Below the pieces are notes generated by a model. That model made no database searches and was not told the DNA's origin. It saw only the letters and a list, made by a program, of their open reading frames with translations. A DNA stretch of 63,780 bases, the filler included, from Octopus bimaculoides (lineage: Eukaryota), in the NCBI RefSeq assembly GCF_001194135.2. It is 5 parts of 5 records of this genome, joined end to end, with 100 filler letters (N's around TTAATTAATTAA, not from the genome) between each part and the next. Parts side by side here need not be neighbours in the genome. Positions count along the whole stretch, not along the records: positions 27,407 to 54,546 come from NC_068998.1; 4 more parts are not named here. The stretch is one strand, 5' to 3'. The translations under genes were made by a program, and so were the position numbers. This document shows positions 38,694 through 53,200 of the stretch, in pieces (the stretch's first letter is position 1; every line of letters begins with the position of its first letter).

Positions 38694-40357
38694 CTGAATA
38701 TTCAATAAAAAGAAGAATTATATTGAACTTTTCCGTCTTAAAAATCGAAACAATTTATTTTCCTCGTAATTAAACAAAGCGAAAGAATACAAGAACGAGA
38801 AATTAGAAAGATAAACATTCGTACGCAAAGTGAACGCTGCACATCAGTCGCTTTAAGAGATACGATTGATGGGAAATGAGAGAGGTTCTAAGAGTTCCCT
38901 GAAGGCCACCATGACAAATATCCATTTTTTACCACCAAAACATTGGCTATATGATGCAATAAACGAAGTACGTAACGATGTTGGTTCTGAGGGTTGCCTG
39001 GAAAGCGAACCACTTCGTAGGTTTTTTTTTTTTTTCCCCTGAGATAAATGCAGAAAATAGCTTCATTCAGTTGAACTTTGAAACACAATGGATGGGACGC
39101 AGTCTGCATTCCTGTAGAGATAAATGATCTAGGGGATAAGTGATAAGCAAAATTGAGCATTGTGGAAGCTAGAAGCATTTAGTACGTGGTTGCAAAATCT
39201 GACGTAATTTGCAGATGACTTGTCGCCTGTAGTGGTGACTGATCGAGGAGATGGAAGAACCAAAACAAAGAAGTGATAAATAGACTTTTTTTTTAACTAA
39301 TACGCCCAACGAAGTGCAATCAAGCGTGTTCGAAATCTATTAAAATGAATGTTGAATTTCTATAGTATCTATAAGTAATGGTCTTACAAAGAGTAAATAT
39401 TGTGATCAAATTGCTCGACTAGAGGTGGTGCTGCAGCTTGGCCACAGTCAAATGACTGTAACAAATAGAAGAATCTACATCATATATCAACGCTCCAATC
39501 AGACAATCGGCTATTGTTATTGACCGTTCATCATTATGCACTTCTGTTTCATGATGTATCCGCCTTCTTTCCCACCTTGGGCCAAATCATGTGACTAAGT
39601 TGTTTTCTCATAATCGTGTATGATGCCGCATGGTCCTTTTTGTATTCCTTGTATAGCACTCGGCAATTGTAATTTTCCACTTGTCGTCTGTAAAATTTGC
39701 GACAAATCCAGTAGAGAACTTGTGCTTTCGCTATGTAATCTGCAATCACATCGTTCATCTCGCTCTATTCTCAAATTTCCGTATTTTGGGTAAATGGCTA
39801 TGTAAAGATTAAGACGTGTAATATGAGTTTCAGAACATAACTGCCTTCTATGTGCATGCTACCTATCCTATCAATAATTCTGAATACACATTCTTGATAT
39901 ACAATGGAGAGCTTAGGGGAGACGATACGTAGTTGTTTGGAGCCCAATGCTTTAACAGTTACGCATCTAGAGTTAGCATTCGTGAGTAGAGGATATAGAT
40001 TTACTGAGCGGCAGATACAGAGATACAAGAAAATAGGTGTAGATAGATAGATAGATAGATAGATATATAAATACATGCATACATACATACGTACATACAT
40101 ACATGCATGCATGCATGCATACACACATACATACATACATACATACATACATACATACATACATACATACATACACACACATGCATACATAATAGGTGGT
40201 TTGGGAGAAAAACAGAGCTTGGTAGATAGACAGGCAGATATACACACAAACTACAGACAGACGAACAGATAGATGGAGAGATAGTGTAGAACATATTTCG
40301 TCTTCAAATACGGGTATCTTAGAACAGGCAGGGGCATAAAAGCATAATATACCTTAC

Positions 40358-40403
40358 CAAAAAGGAGAAAAGATATAAATAAGGAACAACTCTTCCTGGG
40401 CAT
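40358..40403 (-). CDS. Six-Cys secreted protein paralog B, exon 1 (signal peptide)
   Basis: MPRKSCSLFISFLLF(G), donor gtaagg, 46 nt. Confidence 0.9.
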
Positions 40404-42216
40404 TTTTCTTGAACTAAATGTTTAGTGTTGTACTAACCAATTAAATTATTATCTGAGATCGTATAATCTGGTGTAACAGATGTTTTGGAACAATAAAGAT
40501 GATTACATATGTAGTATGGGACGTTGTATATTATTATCTGAAGACATATTTAATCATTTAGATGGCATGCATAATTAATTTGATATGGAACGTTTGACAA
40601 ATTTATTTGTTTTAGAATTTCTAATCTCACTTTGTATGGAAACTAATTCAAATACAGAACGCATAGTTAAATAAATAACTGTCACTATTTCTAAACGGGT
40701 GAAGACAGCGAGCTGGTAGAATAGTTCGCACGTCGGACGAAATGCTTAGCAACATTTCGTCCGTCTTCTCGATCCCATTTCAAATTCAGGCTACGTGATT
40801 TACACTTTCATCCTTTTAGGGGTCAACATACTAGATAGCAGTTTTTCCCTTGGACATGTGCCATCGACTTCACATCCCTTCAAAGAATTGTTAACACAGT
40901 TTCAAAAATTTGAAACCGTTATCAATATTAATGTTGCTGATTGGCAGAATCGTTAACGCGTAGAATTACACAATTAGTAGCTTTTCATCCAGGTCTATAC
41001 GTTATGAGTTCACCTAACGTCGAGCTGAACTTTCATGATTCGGAAATCAATAAAATATTATCTCAATCAAGTAGTGGAATTGAAAGTAATTGATACTTCC
41101 CTACATTCAAAATTTCAAACCTTGTGCCAAAGCTAGAATGTCTTAGAAATATGTATGTATAAAGGTGGAGAGATGTGCGTTGCTATTGTATTCAAGCTTA
41201 TCTACAGATTCACACAAAGAAGCACAAAACAGGCCGTCCGTAAGTTTCTTCACAAAAGTCTTGTTTAACGTCCGAACTATATATATATTTTTTACTTTGA
41301 TTAATGTGCAATTAGTTTCAACTAATTAATATTTGTCCAATGTGTTCTTTTACTTCAATTCGTTCAACACAAGCAACATGCAATGTTTGCATGGAAAAAA
41401 ATAAAACGAGAATATTTAGAACACACATATGTAAATTTGTTGTCACTTTTATCCAATGCAATATTATGAAACCAGTTTCTTTTTCTCAATTTATACACAT
41501 ATACATACATACATATATATGTGTGGGGGGGGGGTCCATGTGTGTGTTTGTGTGTACTTCCTGGCCTTAAATAACCATCGTTAAGTGTCAATCTAAACAG
41601 TTTTATTTATACTAAAGAGAGGTTAATTTGCTTTATTTTTTCATTTATATTTCGTGTAGATTATATGTCATTCTTCTTTATGTTATTATGATTGAACTGA
41701 TCTACTGAATACTAAAACCATGATATATGCCCATATGTGAGAAATAACGTTCAATAAATCAGTAGAAAACATGAAATCGCCTTCTTATAACGTCATTTGA
41801 ATGGCTACTAAACGATAAGTTATGGACTGTGTAAGAGAAAAACAAAATATCATAAAATATAAAATAGTTTTCTTGTAACTACAATCTGTGTGTTTAAGCC
41901 TCATTAGAGGAAATGTGCCGTAGGTACTTCGGGAAAATATTCAGAATGGAAATATTCAGGATGGAAAATATTCAGGATGGAAATATTCTGAAGTCGTTTC
42001 AAACTTTATAACGTGAAAAATTAAATTGTTTGTTTTGGAACTAATCAAATATATCATACTCAAATATATATAGGCGCAGGCGTGGCTTTGTGGTAAGACG
42101 CTTGCTGTCCAACCTCATGGTTCTGCTTTCAGTACTCTTAACATGTTTTATNNNNNNNNNNNNNNNNNNNNNNNNNNNNNNNNNNNNNNNNNNNNNNNNN
42201 NNNNNNNNNNNNNNNN

Positions 42217-42289
<73 letters not shown>

Positions 42290-42620
42290 GGCGCCCATAG
42301 ATATGGTTTCTTCACGACAACAATTCACGCTGCTCATTACCCACTCACCACAACCATAAATATGTTATCGCTTCCGCACCTGCCCAATTCGCCAGATTTA
42401 GCACCTACGTACTTCTTTCTCTGTCCCCAAGAGGAAAATTCAAACTGTCTCGCAGGGGAAAACGACTTCCTAGCAAGATTCCAAATGTAGCGGGAAAATT
42501 TGGACCGGTGTATTGCTGAGCAAAATGACTATTTCGAAGAATATAATGTTAAAATTTAGGTTAATAGGTCACTTTGAATTAAAAGTAACTAGTCCGTGAA
42601 CGTTTTGGTACTACCTCGTA
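42290..42620 (+). mobile_element. Mariner transposase 3' fragment
   Basis: LPHLPNSPDLAPTYFFL (YSPDLAP motif), DRCIAEQNDYFEE, and a terminal tacctcgta. Confidence 0.75.
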
Positions 42621-43758
42621 AAAATTATTAAAAAAACAGACAATGGATTCTTTGAATAAATATCAGAAAATTTACAATACCTTATTATGCAATATGTCTA
42701 CTATTATAATAAAGGCTGAAACTTTTTTAATATAGACAAATAAAGCATTCATAATATTATTAAGTCAATGCGGCAGCCAATAAAAATGATTTTGTCCTCT
42801 ATGTGTTTATATGTTAGAACGGAAATGTCGATGTGGCAAAACGATCATGGTTAATGATGATATGAAACCATAAAAAAATCATCGAAGATCATTGATTTAT
42901 ACTTCAATATTAATGCTATAAAATATGTTCTAATATCAAGTATAATCTTGTTATATCGTAAAAGCCTACGACAGCAGTTTCTACTTTCATTGAATTAAAA
43001 ACTGGATTTAACATGCATGCTACCTGGCTTGCAATAATTCCTCGATAACAACTATTTATCAGCGAGTTGTGAGTTTATAGAAAATATCCCACTGATTTGT
43101 AACTGAATTTGTTTCTTTCTTTCTCCTATAATCATATCTGGTCTCCTTGCGTCGATAGTACGTCCAGTTAATACGAGAAAATCCAATAAATCCAGTAATT
43201 ATTATCTTGTTCCAGAGTCTTTCGTTCACCTTCATACTATTTTTCTTCTCTTATTTCGAAACCTCATTCTCGGCAAATATTTCAGTACACATGTTTTGTA
43301 AGTCTTACCAGCGCTTCAAATGTTTTTACGGTATCTTGCTACATTAGCTCAGAAATTGTTAACGTTTTCATTTCATTTCCTGTAGATACAACGTTTTCTG
43401 TCTGGATTTCGGCAGACTTAGCCATTACCATTTTCGTCAACTGATTACACAAACAAGAACGGGGCGAGTGGCACGTGTTCTTTCGGGTGTATGTCAATTT
43501 TTCTGCGTGTAGGAAGGGCAGAAATAAAGGTATATTGTATAATGTAGTGCAGCTTGTTTATCAGCTGATTTTGGATATAGGTCCTTCGTTCAATAATCTA
43601 AAAAATAAGAAAAACAACCATACGTCACGATGAGCATAAATGCATTTATTTACTTCAACATTCTTTCTCCTTTTCAAATAACTTCTGGCGTCACATCTAT
43701 ACTCCTATTCGTTGATTGGTACACGACGTTCGCAGTCGGTACAGAATGGAGGATTTCA

Positions 43759-43760
43759 CT
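43759..43760 (-). CDS. Six-Cys secreted protein paralog C, exon 4 (completes TAG stop; rest is 3'UTR)
   Basis: Acceptor cttctttcattacag|AG. Exon 3 T plus AG gives TAG. Confidence 0.7.
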
Positions 43761-44339
43761 CTGTAATGAAAGAAGTGTGATCGAAATTATGCAACGTATT
43801 TTAATTAGTGTTATTCTAAAACTGCTTTCAATTGACAATAATAAATCTCTATTTACAAGAAAAGCATAGAATGCATAGCAGTGACAAAGTGTATTATTAG
43901 GTAGTTAAGAAATTCGTTACTACAATAAATAAATAAATATACGGAAATAATTTTATTGAAGTATTACAATAACGGTCGCCCTTTAACAGATGACAATCGT
44001 GTCAACACATATATATTTCTAAACATTTTACCTTATAACTTCTATTTCTTTCAGTTACTGATTATTGTAACCGAGTGCTCAAATAATTTCTTGCTCTTCA
44101 CATAGATTGGGTGAAAAATAATGCCAATCTCACCGTAAATTTATTTGAAGAGATAAAGAAATTGAGCATGCACACACACACACACACANNNNNNNNNNNN
44201 NNNNNNNNNNNNNNNNNNNNNNNNNNNNNNNNNNNNNNNNNNNNNNNNNNNNNNNNNNNNNNNNNNNNNNNNNNNNNNNNNNNNNNNNNNNNNNNNNNNN
44301 NNNNNNNNNNNNNNNNNNNNNNNNNNNNNNNTATATATA

Positions 44340-44372
<33 letters not shown>

Positions 44373-44695
44373 GTGTATGTATGTATATGATGGCCGTCTA
44401 CTCGTGACTGGGGAAATCCTTTGCTGTCCTCCAGGAATATTGTGCGCTGTAGTAATTAATTACTGTAACAAAATTTCTGGTGTTATTGAAATGGTAGTTT
44501 GAGCGAGGAAGTACGAAAGATATCGGCTATAATTCGTTATAACAATAGCTTCAAATCCTTGTTTACGATGAATGCATAAACAGTTTTTGCTCTTCAAGTA
44601 AACTGGAAATATTTTTATAATCATTCCAAATTTAATTTACTGAGTTCATATTCACTTTCCGCAAATATGTAGAATAAAATAGGCATAAAACTTAC

Positions 44696-44784
44696 AGGTG
44701 CACATCAGTGCAAAGACTTGCTTTATTATAGTAGAACAATAGTTGGAAACGCCACTGAAACAATTGTCCCACAATACCAGACGT
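44696..44784 (-). CDS. Six-Cys secreted protein paralog C, exon 3
   Basis: Acceptor tttttgtcttgcag, donor gtaagt, 89 nt. Encodes (K)RLVLWDNCFSGVSNYCSTIIKQVFALMCT. Confidence 0.9.
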
Positions 44785-45117
44785 CTGCAAGACAAAAAAA
44801 AAACATCGGAATAGTTTTGTTGCAAAACAAAGGTTTATCATTTGATATTAGTTTTGTGTGTATCTTTGTTGTGTGTGTCTGTGTTTGTTTCTGTGGGTAT
44901 GCACCGGCAGCAACAGCAGCATTAGTAGTAGTAGCATCAGAAGCAGCAGCAGCAGCAGCCGAAGCAGCAGCAGAAGCAGAGGCAGCAGCAGCGGTACCAG
45001 TAATAGTAGTAATAGTAGTAGTAGTACGAGGAGGAGGAAGAGAAGGAAGAAGAAAAAGAGGTGGAAGTGTAAGAGGAGGAAGAGAAGTCCAAAAACAAAT
45101 TTATTATTGTTTCTTAC

Positions 45118-45217
45118 TTGCAGTATAGCGCGTCGGTTTTGGCGGTGGGATACAGTTTATTTGCCTTTCTGCAATATGTCATAGCTGTATCAAGGCAAAA
45201 GTTTGTTAATACAGTAC
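45118..45217 (-). CDS. Six-Cys secreted protein paralog C, exon 2
   Basis: Acceptor ttgaatattcag, donor gtaaga, 100 nt. Encodes (G)TVLTNFCLDTAMTYCRKANKLYPTAKTDALYC. Confidence 0.9.
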
Positions 45218-46243
45218 CTGAATATTCAATAAAAGAGCAGAATTATATTGCACGTTTCCGTCTTAAACATCAAAACAATTTATTTTCCTCGGAATTAAAC
45301 AAAGCGAAAGAAAACAAGAACGAGAAATTAGAACGATAAACATTCGTAGGTAAGATGAACGCTGCAAATCAGTCGCTTTAATGGATACGATTGATCCGAA
45401 ATGAGAGAGGTTTTAATATATCTCTGCACGCTACGATGATAAATATTCATTTTTTAGCACCAAAATCTTGACCGTATGATGCAAAAAAAGAAAGCACTTA
45501 GCGATGTAAGCGCTGAGGGTTCACTGGAAATCGAAATTCTTAGGTTTTTTTTTTCCTCAGATAAATGTAGAACATTGCTTGCTTTAGTTGAACTTAACGT
45601 AATATGGATTTTCAGATAACATGTTGACTGTAGTGGTGACTGGATCCCGAGGAGATGGAAAAACAAAAAGCAAGGAAGTGACAAATATAAAATTTTAAAA
45701 AAAATACGCCCAACGACATGCAGTTGAGAATTTTAGTAATCCATTAAAATGAATGTTGCATTTCTATGGTACTTATCACCTCCAACATGATATTCCTGAC
45801 TAAAAATAGAGAAACGGATTGGCATGGAAATGAGACAATATATGAAAATGCATTTAACAAACAATATGGAACAGGAACATATATNNNNNNNNNNGAGAGA
45901 CAGAGAGACAGAGAGACAGAGAGAGACAGAGACAGACAGACAGACAGACAGAGAGAGATAGATGGATGGATTGATGGATAGATACATACATACATACATA
46001 CATACATCATACATACATACATACATACATATATACATAGATACATACATACAAACATACATACATGCGTAATAGGTGGTATGGTAGAGAAACAGAGAGA
46101 TTGGTAGCTTGACAGGCAGGCAGAGATACACACAGACATTCAGACAGACGAAGACATAGAAAGATGATAGTATAGAAAATATTTCTCATTCAAACACGGG
46201 TATCTTAGAACAGGCAAGTGCATAAAAGCATAATATAACTTAC

Positions 46244-46289
46244 CAAAAACGAGAAAAGATATAAATAAGGAACAACTTTTCCTGTGCAT
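46244..46289 (-). CDS. Six-Cys secreted protein paralog C, exon 1 (signal peptide)
   Basis: MHRKSCSLFISFLVF(G), donor gtaagt, 46 nt. Confidence 0.9.
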
Positions 46290-49271
46290 TTTTCTTGAAC
46301 TAAATGTTTAGTGTTGTAGTTATTAAATTATTATCTGAAATTGTATAATGGACTCTGGTGTAACAGATGTTCTTAAACAGCAAAGATGAATTACATTTGT
46401 AGTTTGTGACGTTGTATATTACAATCTGAAGACATATATAATAATTTACATGGCATGCATAATTAATTTGATATGGAACATTTGACAAATTGATTTGTTT
46501 TAGAATTTCTAATGTCTGTTTGTATGGGAACTAATTCAAATACCGAACACATAGTTAAATAAATAACTGTCAATATTTCTAAACGGGCGAAGACGGCGAG
46601 CTGGTTGAATACGACAAAGACTTGTAAATTTAAAGAACGCTTTATTTCTAACATATCTAGAGGACTAAATGGCTATAAGCTCATAGACGATGGAAAATAT
46701 TTCAGTCTTATAAGTTGTTACGTTACAAGTAGTAAAAATATTTTAACCATGTTGTGTAAGAAGATTCCAAGCTCATGAGTGCCGTTCAAAGCACTTTGAA
46801 CACCGTAAAGACCCTAAGATATGACATGGAGCAGTGACTACGTACCATGACAGGCTGATCAGTGCTGCTAGCAGAGAGGTAACAAGATTCAGCGCTTTGC
46901 CTTTTTTCCGGAAACAGGTCTTATAGGAGAATTTCTACGGCTTAACCAACCCGAATTTCTGGCCTCGTAATTCCATGATTACTTTGTAAAGGTTTCGGTT
47001 CCCTACACAAATCCTGGAACTCCATGTCCGAGCTGGTGGCCAAGAACAGGGAGATTCAGGAACGTATTCACCAGCTTGCAGCACCTTCTTAAGGCCGGCG
47101 AGCAAGAGAAAACAAGTATTTCCCAGATATAATCTGGATAATATCTCTTTTCTTTGTTCGTTTTTAAATATTCCTAACTTTAGTTGGGATATTGCGTTTC
47201 TCATTCCATTGCAAACTATGAAATTTAGCAAGAAAACACACACACATACATACACACACATATTGTCAGTGTATCATCGAAGAAGATGCACGCTGTAAAG
47301 TGTAAAGCAGTAATGTGTTTATGTGCAGTTAATTAAATATCCGATCATAGAACGACCAATTGCCTCGCATCCATGAAGCGTTTATCTTATATGGACGACT
47401 CGTCATATTCTAATAACGAAGGGCATAAACATCTTCAAATTATAGACATAGAAATCCGTTACAGTCAGTTATTAAACAGAGAATAAACCAAATATGAAAC
47501 CTTACGTGAGGAGGAGTTATCTCCCTTAGACCAGTTCAGTTGACGGTTCACATTGGCTAAAACAGTGAACAAGGAAATCCGCATTGAGGTTGCTTCTAGC
47601 ACGTAAGGACTATTTCAGATATAATCAATGAATGGGTAATCGCATACTTGAAGCAGGTAGCCTTGATATAGGGGCAGGGATTATAAATATCATGCCGGAA
47701 ATTTAATAATACTGGTTCTGCGGGGTCTTTGATGATCCTTGATTGCTCAGCCATGTAAGGATTGCAGCGTCCAACCTCGTTGACATAGCATTCCGACCGC
47801 TTTATAATCTTTGAATTAATATCGTATAGGGTCACTTCATCTTTAAGGTGCTACATGTGGCTTGCCAGAGAAATAAGGAATCATCTTTCTGGAATCCTGA
47901 AAGATGGCCTGTGGTCGTACATATGCTACTTGCAGATGAGTTAAAGAGAATTCACAAGAACAGAATTCATGTGTTAGCAATAAAATATAGTAATAAGATG
48001 TTCAACATTCGATCTCGCTCATATAACACTTACCGTGTAAAAAATAATATTTGCTGATATTGATATACTACAGGTGTACGTGATCTTTGATATTTTTAAA
48101 CTATTATTCGAAAATTCATTTTACTCCAATAAATTTTCGCGTTAATAGCTCTTAAAACTGTTTCAAATGCTATTGAATAAATGTGTATCTACAATTAAAC
48201 ATTTCAAATATGTTAATATAAGAATAATGTAATGGAAAGAGAAAGAGGCCTAAAATCGTGTGAGCATCTGACGAAATTCTTTCAAAACGATCTCAAGCTG
48301 CGTTTAGATTCATTAAAAAACTACTTTTAAATTTACCACTGACTTGCATAGTTGTCGAGCTGATTTTTGTTTTAATTTTTATTATGATAATGTCTATTCT
48401 GAATAATTTAAAGGCAATAATTAAAAGTGATGTATTTTTAAGTTCGGAAGGAATAATATACATGAACTTCCATATACTTAACTGTATTCGTAGGCAACAT
48501 TATACGTTCACAAATATCACGGATAATTAAAACTCCATACTCACATAAAAATATTACCTGTCATTCAGTGGAAAAGATTGAATAACTGATGAATTATATT
48601 TGAATCCAATTCACTTATCTTTTATAAGGTAGTATTGCAATTAGCATTTATCATTTGTATTTTATTTCTTTTTGCCATTAGACTGCCGCCCAGGTACTTA
48701 TTCTATCGGTTTGCTTGATCGAACCGCTAAAGTACAGGGACGAAAACACGTCAGCACCGGTCGTCTAGTTGTGGGAGTGGAGACATAATCATACGTGCAC
48801 ACATATAAATAAACAAATCATAATATCCATTTACTGCAGCATCATAGAACTTTAGCTGTTATTTCTAGCCTTGTAGGAGTTGTAACACCCTCTGTTATAT
48901 TTAATGACAATTATAGTCCCCATCTTTGGTGATACGTTGCTAAATATGTTATACACATTAGCGATTCTCTAAATCATTCATAGATATCTATGGAGTAGAC
49001 ATATATATTGCTGCTGATATTGTCCGGAAACTGGCGAGGTGTGCTGACATAGCTGATGAAGATTCGGCTTTTAAGCTGAAACTGTCAACGGTACAGGGAT
49101 ATGAAGACTGTCACTTTCAACCGTTAACGGTCGCTGCTTATATGCAATAACTTGCGTTGACTGCAGCACGAGAGCACGTCAGCTCTTCCTTCTCGCACTG
49201 TACGTGTTTAACACCCTCTGCCATTTTTAATAGCAATTATAGTGTTCCATTTTGATGACACGTTGCTAAAC

Positions 49272-49329
<58 letters not shown>

Positions 49330-50798
49330 AATCCACATAACGGGAAGAAGCCTAATGTTATTTAATAATATCTTATATAAGTTTCATACAACCAACGTAC
49401 ATAGACATAAACTTTTAACACAATATATATCAGCGTGGGAAAATTTATTGCAATTTATTTTTGAACAAATCACAAATCAAAAGAATATCAAAACATATTT
49501 TATTATGATATTTCGTTTAATTACTGTCTGAGTTGACAAAATAACTTTTATTTCTGTGATAAATGTAATAAGCGTTTTGGTTGCTACGTATATGGGCATT
49601 TAAAATGAATTTATTTTCATCAAATGTGATAGCGAAAATACAAACATGAAATGCCATTTTCCACATCCTGCTTCCCACTCCTACTCTCGTATTTAGTCTT
49701 TGTCAACAACTAATGGAAGCAGAATGATTTATTTGACTGATTTCTTTCCTAAAGTGTTGATTTTTAAGCATTGTTAAAATACTTGCTTCAACCTGACGAG
49801 TGTGTCTATCAAATTGCTATACATGTGCCTAATATAGAATTGTTAACTTTTCCTTAACTGTAGGAACGTCTTGCAAAACAAATAATTTTTTTTTTTTTTT
49901 TTTTTTTTAGAAAACTACGTGTAATTCACATGGGTTTCGTGGATTTTAATTCGAATTCCACAGAAACATAATCGGCGAAATCGTATTTGATACAGTACAG
50001 GTTTTATGCTATTTTTCACAATAATAATTACTATATTATATCAAATATATTAATTGAATATTATACCTCATGATATTGTATATCCCTCTTTACATTTAAC
50101 TGTGTCATTTATTTATTGATTCTTTTTTACCTTTTTATCCTTCCTTTTGAGCATATTATCTAGGCGCTGTATGCGCATTTTAACAAGGTCATGTATTTGT
50201 GTGTGAGTGTGTCTGTGCTTGTATGTGTGTGTGAATTTGAAGTTATGTGTGTGTATGCTTATACAAATACACACACATTCACTGTCAGTAATATGGCCAA
50301 ATTGAAACTAAACTTAACAAAGATTTCTGAGTTTTCTTCAGTATCTTAAGACCAGGAGATAGTTATATTCTGCTCATAGCATTTATAAACTTGTATTGTT
50401 TCATATGTTAGATGAGGTAATATCAATATATCATTACAATCGATGTTATACACGAAACCAAAAATACATCCCGAAAGTTTTCCTTTGTCATACAAATAAG
50501 TCCATTTCTAATCATATTCCCATATGATTGTAACGATGTGATGGACTTCTATTTTGATGTGGCAGCATGCTGTAGCACTAAACGTGGTGCTCTATTTATA
50601 CCGATTGATTTCCAATAGTGATATATATATCACAATTTTTTTGCAATGTAAAGACTAAAACATACATCTACCCCTTTAGTAGTCATAGGTTCGTTTGTTC
50701 TTAATTGAACAATATTTCTATTCAATATAGGGCAATTTCACTCAGTACGAAAACACAAAATTCCAATGTTCAGTATGTTCTTCAAACATTTATATTTA

Positions 50799-50859
<61 letters not shown>

Positions 50860-52759
50860 TGGCAAATTCCCAGGGCATAAACTATTAAGGAATTGTTACA
50901 GTTTTCAGTTTGAGAGCCGGGGTTACATTTCTATTTCAAAGATCGATAAAAGGATAAATTCTCTTTTTTAAAAATAATATTCATTGATGGTTCCATTACT
51001 ATGAATTCCCTATCCATCGGGTCTTTGATCTGTTCGTTTGGAAGTGTGTATTTACAGTTGATCCTTTCGCCTTTCTCTCAGGCATTCATGGTGTGTATTA
51101 TCCGTAATTATTTAATAATATTGACATAATTCCCAGTGCACGAATATTTCAATTACATTATATCTATGTATATATATTATCGCATGAATCAGAGCAACAG
51201 AACAACCAGGCAGTATATATAACTGATTATTTATGCTCTAACTTCAAATAACCTGAATTTAATTATATACTTTTTCATTTTATCTATTTACAGCGATTTA
51301 TTGATTTGAAATTATGTGTTGCACTCACGATCGTGAGATCTTGGTTTCAATTCCTAGACCGTGTGATATATTATGTTCTTGAAGAAAACGCTTCATCTCA
51401 CGTTTCTCTGTGTTCACTTCGACAACTGGCGTGTGGTGCACATCTTCAGACAACGTCGCTTTGATGGGGGAATGCGCTCCTTTATTTTGTCCAACCCCTG
51501 TATATTGGGGTGGGGTAATTTTGTAGCAATCTACATCTGTGTTTTCCGTAATTACTTATTATATACCTTCTCGTTCTACTCTATAACCGTTTTCCTCATT
51601 GCTCAATGAGCCACACAACGATGTGTCGGCATACAGTTACGTGAACTCATGTACTGATGCATTCACGTCTATGAATTTAACCAGACTTGGCAAGGACTGA
51701 ACAGTTCGAAACGATAAAGACATTCATCTTATTATTAGTGATTTCAATGTGTGTACTTGTTGTAAGTACATTTTCAAATATATTTTCTTTCTTTTGTGCT
51801 TAAGGGCTAATATAGCTGGGTTACTTTCTTCTGCTACCAAAATGAGAGATTAGGATCCTTTTTTAGGCCAAAGATTTTGAGCGTCCCTCTTTCTAAGCCT
51901 TCATTACTGATTCGTATTCCTTTAGCTTTTGCCTTTACTATATTTTAGAAATCATTTTTTAACTATTATCTTTTGTTTGTTTCTATCTATCTAAATTGCT
52001 TTCTATGGTATGCTTTATTTTTAGAATATATTTGTTTCTTTCTAAGTAAATATTTTACTTTCTGTTTCCTCACAACGCAAATCAGTTTGTCTCTACCATG
52101 TGAAAAGCAATGCAGTTATTTGGCGCCTGGTTACCATCTCCTCTCTGTATATAAGCTTATATCAGCTTTGCTTTTATTCCCACAACTTATTCCTGCTTGA
52201 AACTCTATAAGGTGCATTGCACGGTTGGTGTATTTAAATCAATTACCCGAATAAAAATACATCACCATCTTTACAGAAAATAAGAAAATAACACAGTGTA
52301 GGCAGTAACTCATTTTATTTGTTTATAAACTGTTAACATTTTCCAGTTTCCGAAATGTTGGACTAATTGAATCCAAATCTGTTAATAAAAGAATACAATA
52401 TTTATTGAAGAAATATGCATAATTTATTTCCAATATTGTGAAACGAAAATATGTATTCAGTTATGAATAATTCAACTGTAATGAGAATTTTGTGGAATTA
52501 TTACTTATAAACAATAGAACAATAAAGAAAAGTTGACCACAATAATTTACAATGTAACATTTCATATCTCTTGATTGTTATCAATGCTTGGAAAAGTATT
52601 AGTCCATTTCTAGTACTTACGTTTATCGACCAAATACATTAGGTTGCAGCGTAGGGTTCGACTGAAATGAGAAAAGAAACACATTGAAAAGTTGTGAGTT
52701 GAATTATACATAATAAGTTTTGTTTTAGATATCTAATGACAAATCTAAATTGTGGTACT

Positions 52760-52985
52760 AGAAATAATCTGTTCTACTATAGGCACAGGGCCCGAAACCT
52801 TTTTTTTAGGTGAAGGGGCAAGTCGATTAGTTTGACCCCAATACGCAACTAGTACTTAATTTATCGACCCGGAAATGATGAAAGCAATGTCGACCTCAGC
52901 GGAATTTCAAATCGGATAGTAAAGACAGACGAAATACCGCTAAGCATTTCGCCCGGCGTGCTAAAATTTCTGCCGGCTCCCCGCC
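52760..52985 (-). mobile_element. Octopus SINE (OR2-like)
   Basis: Similar to 59850-60055 and, in reverse, to several copies in 60070-60680 and 34120-34560 (gctaagcatttcgcccggcgtgcta, aatttatcgaccc). Confidence 0.75.
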
Positions 52986-53163
52986 ATTCTCTACTAGAAA
53001 TAATGCCTTAGTAATGATAATGAAAATGCTATCGTTTCGTTCCCGTTTCTTAAACAGCCTAAGAGATAAGGAATTACATACGTTATTTACATTATTAACA
53101 TTTGACGGATATTTTTTCTCTTCTTGTTTGTTGTTAACACAAAGTTTCGTCGGATATACCATC

Positions 53164-53200
53164 CTGATGATGGCTGGAGAGTATATCAGCCGAAACGTTG
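53164..53200 (+). ncRNA. Minimal hammerhead-like motif inside a hairpin
   Basis: CTGATGA-t-ggctg(gagagtatat)cagcc-GAAAC-GTT. Stem II is a perfect 5 bp and stem III is the palindromic ACGT type. Stem I is poorly supported. Confidence 0.55.
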
